In this document: piece after piece, positions 9,667 through 12,951 of the stretch
Layout of the letters: the number at the start of each line of letters is the position of its first letter
Numbering within the stretch: position 1 is the first letter of the stretch
Virus record (IMG/VR): IMGVR_UViG_2671180662_000002
DNA: 12,951 nucleotides
From: a virus
Lineage: Duplodnaviria; Heunggongvirae; Uroviricota; Caudoviricetes
Reading direction: 5' to 3' (one strand)
Position numbers and translations under genes: made by a program
The notes under the pieces: model-generated
Told to the model about the DNA's origin: nothing
Databases searched by the model: none
The model's input: only the letters and a program-made list of their open reading frames with translations

Positions 9667-10998
9667 ATGGCTACTTGGCAAGGAACAAACGGCGGATTGT
9701 TGGCTGGTATCGGCGGCGTCAACTCAAACGCTCCGAGCGTAAATGACATCGGCAATACGCTTCAGCTTATCAGGCAGAACAATGATATTGAGCGTTCAGG
9801 CGCTAACAATGTTGGGCTGACTGCTTTGCAAGGTCTTTCAGGTATTGCGGGTGTTTTTCAGCAGGAAAAGCAGGCTCAGCGGCAGAAAGAATTTCAGCAG
9901 GCGTACGCTAATGCTTATGCGTCTGGTGATCGCGGTGCTTTGCGTCAGTTGGCTACTCAATATCCAGACCAGATTGAATCCGTTCGTAAAGGCATGGGAT
10001 TCATTGATGAAGAGCAGCGTAATTCTATCGGCACCTTAGCGGCTGGCGCACGCCTTGCGTCATCGTCTCCAGAAGCAATGCAATCATGGCTGCAAAACAA
10101 CGCCGGTGAGTTAGCTCGTGTTGGCGTTAATCCTCATGACGTCGCTCAGATGTACCAACAGAACCCGCGGCAGTTCGGCGAATTTGTCGATCACCTGGGG
10201 ATGAACAGTCTCGGGCCCGAAAAATACTTTGACCTACAGGATAAAATGCAGGGTCGCCAGGTTACCATGCGCGGTCAGGATCTGGATTCGCAAACCGCCG
10301 CTCGGAATCAGGCAATCACAATGCGCGGACAAGATATCCAGGCGAATTTAGGTCAGCAGCGCATTAATCTGGACGCAGAAACAAACCGCATTAACAACGA
10401 AAATAAGCGCCTTGACCGGATGCTATCAGCAGAAACTAACGACCTGAAGCGCCAGGAAATACAGAGCCGCATAGCAGCCAACAACCAGCAGTTGCAGCAG
10501 AAGCAGCAAGCGCTAAATGATGGCTACAAAGACGGCATCAACACCCTCACAACCAGCATGTTCACTCTGAACGATATCGTTAGTTCTCCTTCACTTAAGA
10601 GCATTACAGGCTTACGTGGAGTAATCCCCAACGTTCCAGGCTCACAGGCTGCAGACACTCAGGCACGACTTGATACCTTTAAATCACAAGCATACCTGAC
10701 AGCGGTTCAGGCCATGCGAGGCATGGGCGCACTTTCTGATGCCGAGGGCAAAAAGCTCGACCAGGCTGTTGGTTCGCTGCAGAACTCGCAGAGCGAGGAG
10801 TCCTTTCGTCGCAACGCTGGCGTCATCCTGAACACGCTCAACCAGAAGCGTAATGAGGCGGTTGGTAAGTACGTTCAGCAAAACGGTATCAAGCGAGTGG
10901 AAGCGCCTCAGGCTTCTATAGATTACCTGAAGCAGCACCCCGAGCTGTCAATCGACTTCATTAATCGCTACGGATATCTTCCATCTTTGGGGCAGTAA
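9667..10998 (+). CDS. 20: Ejection (E) protein, gp20-position
   Basis: 443 aa, Gln/Asn-rich and largely helical, with an internal duplicated motif (VTMRGQDLD and ITMRGQDIQ, 18 residues apart). It sits between gp7 and the last ejection gene as gene 20 does in P22 (P22 gp20 is about 471 aa, recalled). AGGGGG ribosome-binding site upstream. Assigned by synteny and composition. Confidence 0.72.
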   Translation: MATWQGTNGGLLAGIGGVNSNAPSVNDIGNTLQLIRQNNDIERSGANNVGLTALQGLSGIAGVFQQEKQAQRQKEFQQAYANAYASGDRGALRQLATQYPDQIESVRKGMGFIDEEQRNSIGTLAAGARLASSSPEAMQSWLQNNAGELARVGVNPHDVAQMYQQNPRQFGEFVDHLGMNSLGPEKYFDLQDKMQGRQVTMRGQDLDSQTAARNQAITMRGQDIQANLGQQRINLDAETNRINNENKRLDRMLSAETNDLKRQEIQSRIAANNQQLQQKQQALNDGYKDGINTLTTSMFTLNDIVSSPSLKSITGLRGVIPNVPGSQAADTQARLDTFKSQAYLTAVQAMRGMGALSDAEGKKLDQAVGSLQNSQSEESFRRNAGVILNTLNQKRNEAVGKYVQQNGIKRVEAPQASIDYLKQHPELSIDFINRYGYLPSLGQ

Positions 10999-12729
10999 AT
11001 GGCTAATTACCGTGATTTGTTAGAGCAGGCTGGCGCACGTTACGGTGTGCCAGAAGGGTTGATGACTGCACTGGGTGCCAAGGAGTCTTCTTACAACCCT
11101 GCCGCAGTAAGCTCCGCCGGGGCTGTAGGATTGACTCAGGTCATGCCTGGGACATGGCGTGATATGGGTTATACCGATGAGCAAATGCAAAACCCCGAAT
11201 ATCAGGCTGACGCTGGCGCGCGCTATCTGGCAAAGATGTACCAGCAGTTTGGTAACTGGCGTGACTCTCTTCAGGCTTATCACGACGGTCCCGGCAACGT
11301 TATGAAGGCAAAGCGTGGTGAATATACGCCAGGACCTGAAGGCCGCGGTTACGTTGATGATCGCTTTGCTCAATGGGCTGGTGACCCGGTGACAGACTCA
11401 ACAGTCGAACAGCGCGCCACCTCTGCAAAGGTACATCCTCAGCAAGACCCTAACAACCCGTTTGCACAACTGGAAGTACAGTCATCCGAACAAGTATCGG
11501 CATCAGGTGTGCAGTCAGACCCAAATAATCCATTTGCTCAGATTGAGCAGCAGGCAGCCAGTCAGCAGCCACCTCAACCCGTAAGTTCTGTCGCACCGAA
11601 ACCTGTTCAGCAACAAACAGTTAATCAGGCCAATAATGCACCAACACGGGAAGAACCATCATTGATGCAACAAGCTGGCGATTGGCTCACTGGTGGTCAA
11701 AGTGCAGGGCAAATTGCAGAACAGGCTGGTCGTGGTCTGGTAAACATACCATTTGACGTATTGCAGGGTGGCGCAAGTCTGATTAATGCAATCAGTCAGG
11801 GGCTTGGGGGGCCAAAAGTATTGGATGATGTTTATCGTCCAGTAGACAGACCGACAGACCCCTACGCGCAAGCTGGAGAGTCAATAGGCGGTTATCTTGT
11901 TCCTGGAGCAGGTGTAGCTGGAAACATGGTCATTGGTTCTCTCGCTGACGCGGCGAATCAACGGGGTGATTTTGCCGAAAATGCCGCTATTAATGCCGGA
12001 CTTAGCATTGCTACGCATGGCCTGATAAATGGCGTTACCCGTGGTGTTCGTGGTGCATCAAATATAATTAGTGGCAATAAAACATCTGCACAGAGAGCGA
12101 CCACTGCGCCAACAGAAACATCACCATTCTCCGGTGATGCCGCTGCAGCAACAAATCCTGCGGTTCATGCCGCAGAGGCAAGAGTAGCACAAGGTGTACC
12201 AATGACGCCTGCGACGAAGAACCCAGAGGAAGTCGTTCGCACAGTAGCAGCACAAAAAAGGCCAAATCTCGCTTCATCGCTTGATGAACTAGATATCAAT
12301 CCTCAGGCTGAAGTTCTGGAGTCTGCTGAAAGGCTTAATGTTGATTCATTACTCCCTTCACACTTTTCCGGGAACGAGCAATACAAGGCAGTTGAGCAAG
12401 CAATCAAGTCCCGTGCGGGTTCTGCTCTACAGGTGCAGGAAAATGAAGCAATCAGGCAGCTAGCACAGGGCGCGGGTGAGATAATTGATCGCGTTTCCGG
12501 TGCAAAAGATGCTCTTGGTATGAGCGACAAGTTTATTGATACGGTCAATGGAAGAATGTCTGCGCTGATGAAACGAAGCGACCAGCTTTATCGCAATGTT
12601 GAAAAGGCGATGCCTGCAGGTGCAAAAATTGATGCGCCATCAACAAGGTCAATGCTCAAACAGGTGGCAGAAGATCTTGGCGGGATGAAAAACCTTGACC
12701 CTATTGAAAAGAGAGTTGAGGTAGCCTGA
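10999..12729 (+). CDS. 16: Ejection (E) protein at the gp16 position, with an N-terminal lytic transglycosylase (SLT) domain; the last codons and stop come from the adjacent IS inverted repeat, so it is probably 3'-truncated
   Basis: 576 aa. Residues about 8-115 carry family-1 lytic transglycosylase motifs: AKESSYNP (candidate catalytic Glu29), [10 protein letters not shown], and [10 protein letters not shown] tandem motif DPNNPFAQ(L/I)E follows. The C-terminal half is Ala/Gly-rich. The stop TGA at 12727-12729 lies inside the putative IS left repeat, which starts about 12717. Start abuts the gp20 stop. Confidence 0.78.
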   Translation: MANYRDLLEQAGARYGVPEGLMTALGAKESSYNPAAVSSAGAVGLTQVMPGTWRDMGYTDEQMQNPEYQADAGARYLAKMYQQFGNWRDSLQAYHDGPGNVMKAKRGEYTPGPEGRGYVDDRFAQWAGDPVTDSTVEQRATSAKVHPQQDPNNPFAQLEVQSSEQVSASGVQSDPNNPFAQIEQQAASQQPPQPVSSVAPKPVQQQTVNQANNAPTREEPSLMQQAGDWLTGGQSAGQIAEQAGRGLVNIPFDVLQGGASLINAISQGLGGPKVLDDVYRPVDRPTDPYAQAGESIGGYLVPGAGVAGNMVIGSLADAANQRGDFAENAAINAGLSIATHGLINGVTRGVRGASNIISGNKTSAQRATTAPTETSPFSGDAAAATNPAVHAAEARVAQGVPMTPATKNPEEVVRTVAAQKRPNLASSLDELDINPQAEVLESAERLNVDSLLPSHFSGNEQYKAVEQAIKSRAGSALQVQENEAIRQLAQGAGEIIDRVSGAKDALGMSDKFIDTVNGRMSALMKRSDQLYRNVEKAMPAGAKIDAPSTRSMLKQVAEDLGGMKNLDPIEKRVEVA

Positions 12730-12951
12730 GTTTAACGGACACTCCTTCCTGAAATAGAATGGCATCAGAAGGAGCTAATAATGAGCAGAAAAACCCAACG
12801 TTACTCTAAAGAGTTCAAAGCCGAAGCTGTCAGAACGGTTCTTGAAAATCAACTTTCGATCAGTGAAGGCGCTTCCCGATTATCCCTTCCTGAAGGCACT
12901 TTAGGACAATGGGTTACCGCCGCCAGAAAAGGGCTCGGTACTCCTGGTTCC
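12717..12951 (+). mobile_element. Left end of an IS3-family insertion sequence (IS600-like), continuing beyond the window end
   Basis: Terminal repeat TGAGGTAGCCTGAGTTTAACGGACAC starts with TG and has GGACAC at positions 21-26, as in the IS3 left repeat I recall (TGATCTTACCCAGCAATAGTGGACAC). It is followed by an AGGAG ribosome-binding site and an OrfA-type reading frame. Exact first base is uncertain by a few nt. Confidence 0.8.
12781..12951 (+). CDS. IS3-family transposase OrfA (helix-turn-helix DNA-binding N-terminal part), 3'-partial at window end
   Basis: ATG at 12781 with AGGAG 7 nt upstream. Translation MSRKTQRYSKEFKAEAVRTVLENQLSISEGASRLSLPEGTLGQWVTAARKGLGTPGS has the short basic N-terminus and helix-turn-helix typical of IS3-family OrfA. 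It resembles what I recall for IS600 of Shigella. The ORF runs off the end of the window. Confidence 0.85.
   Translation, partial: MSRKTQRYSKEFKAEAVRTVLENQLSISEGASRLSLPEGTLGQWVTAARKGLGTPGS

Noticed and set aside
9473-9742. Plus-strand 89-aa ORF spanning the gp7/gp20 junction in another frame
   Set aside because: It overlaps two well-supported genes out of frame. Its Leu/Arg/Val-rich translation is typical of an off-frame read of GC-rich coding sequence.
11020-11373. Minus-strand 117-aa ORF antisense to the SLT domain region
   Set aside because: Antisense to a region with clear sense-strand catalytic motifs. Likely an artefact of composition.
1-12951. Search for CRISPR arrays, tRNA or tmRNA genes, attachment sites, toxin-antitoxin pairs or defence-system cargo
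   Set aside because: No direct-repeat and spacer periodicity, no tRNA-like cloverleaf candidates and no intergenic gaps were seen. The only intergenic space larger than about 15 bp is the 44 bp between coat and the small ORF, which holds the terminator hairpin. Every sizeable ORF is accounted for by phage structural genes or the IS.

Overview
This window is a fragment of a P22-like (Sf6-type) podovirus prophage: the late structural and DNA-ejection gene module, all on the + strand, bracketed by two IS3-family insertion-sequence ends in the same orientation. Gene order is terminase large subunit (5'-truncated), portal, scaffolding protein, coat protein, a small unassigned ORF, gp4 tail adaptor, gp10 tail hub, gp26 tail needle, a gp14-position protein, and three ejection proteins (gp7, gp20, gp16 positions). 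Genes are tightly packed with overlapping stop/start codons, and there is one terminator-like hairpin after the coat gene. The window begins with what reads as the right terminal inverted repeat of an IS3-family element (ending about position 61) and ends with the left inverted repeat plus the 5' part of an IS3-family OrfA (from about 12717). The terminase has lost its N-terminal ATPase region and the last ejection gene takes its stop codon from IS sequence, so this looks like a defective, IS-eroded prophage remnant rather than an intact phage. I found no defence system, toxin-antitoxin pair, CRISPR array, tRNA or inserted cargo gene. The points most worth a second look are the IS junctions, a lytic transglycosylase domain at the N-terminus of the gp16-position protein, the tail needle's non-P22 C-terminal domain, and the small ORF between coat and gp4. 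All protein identifications rest on my reading of the translations and recalled P22 gene order and sequences; none is database-verified.
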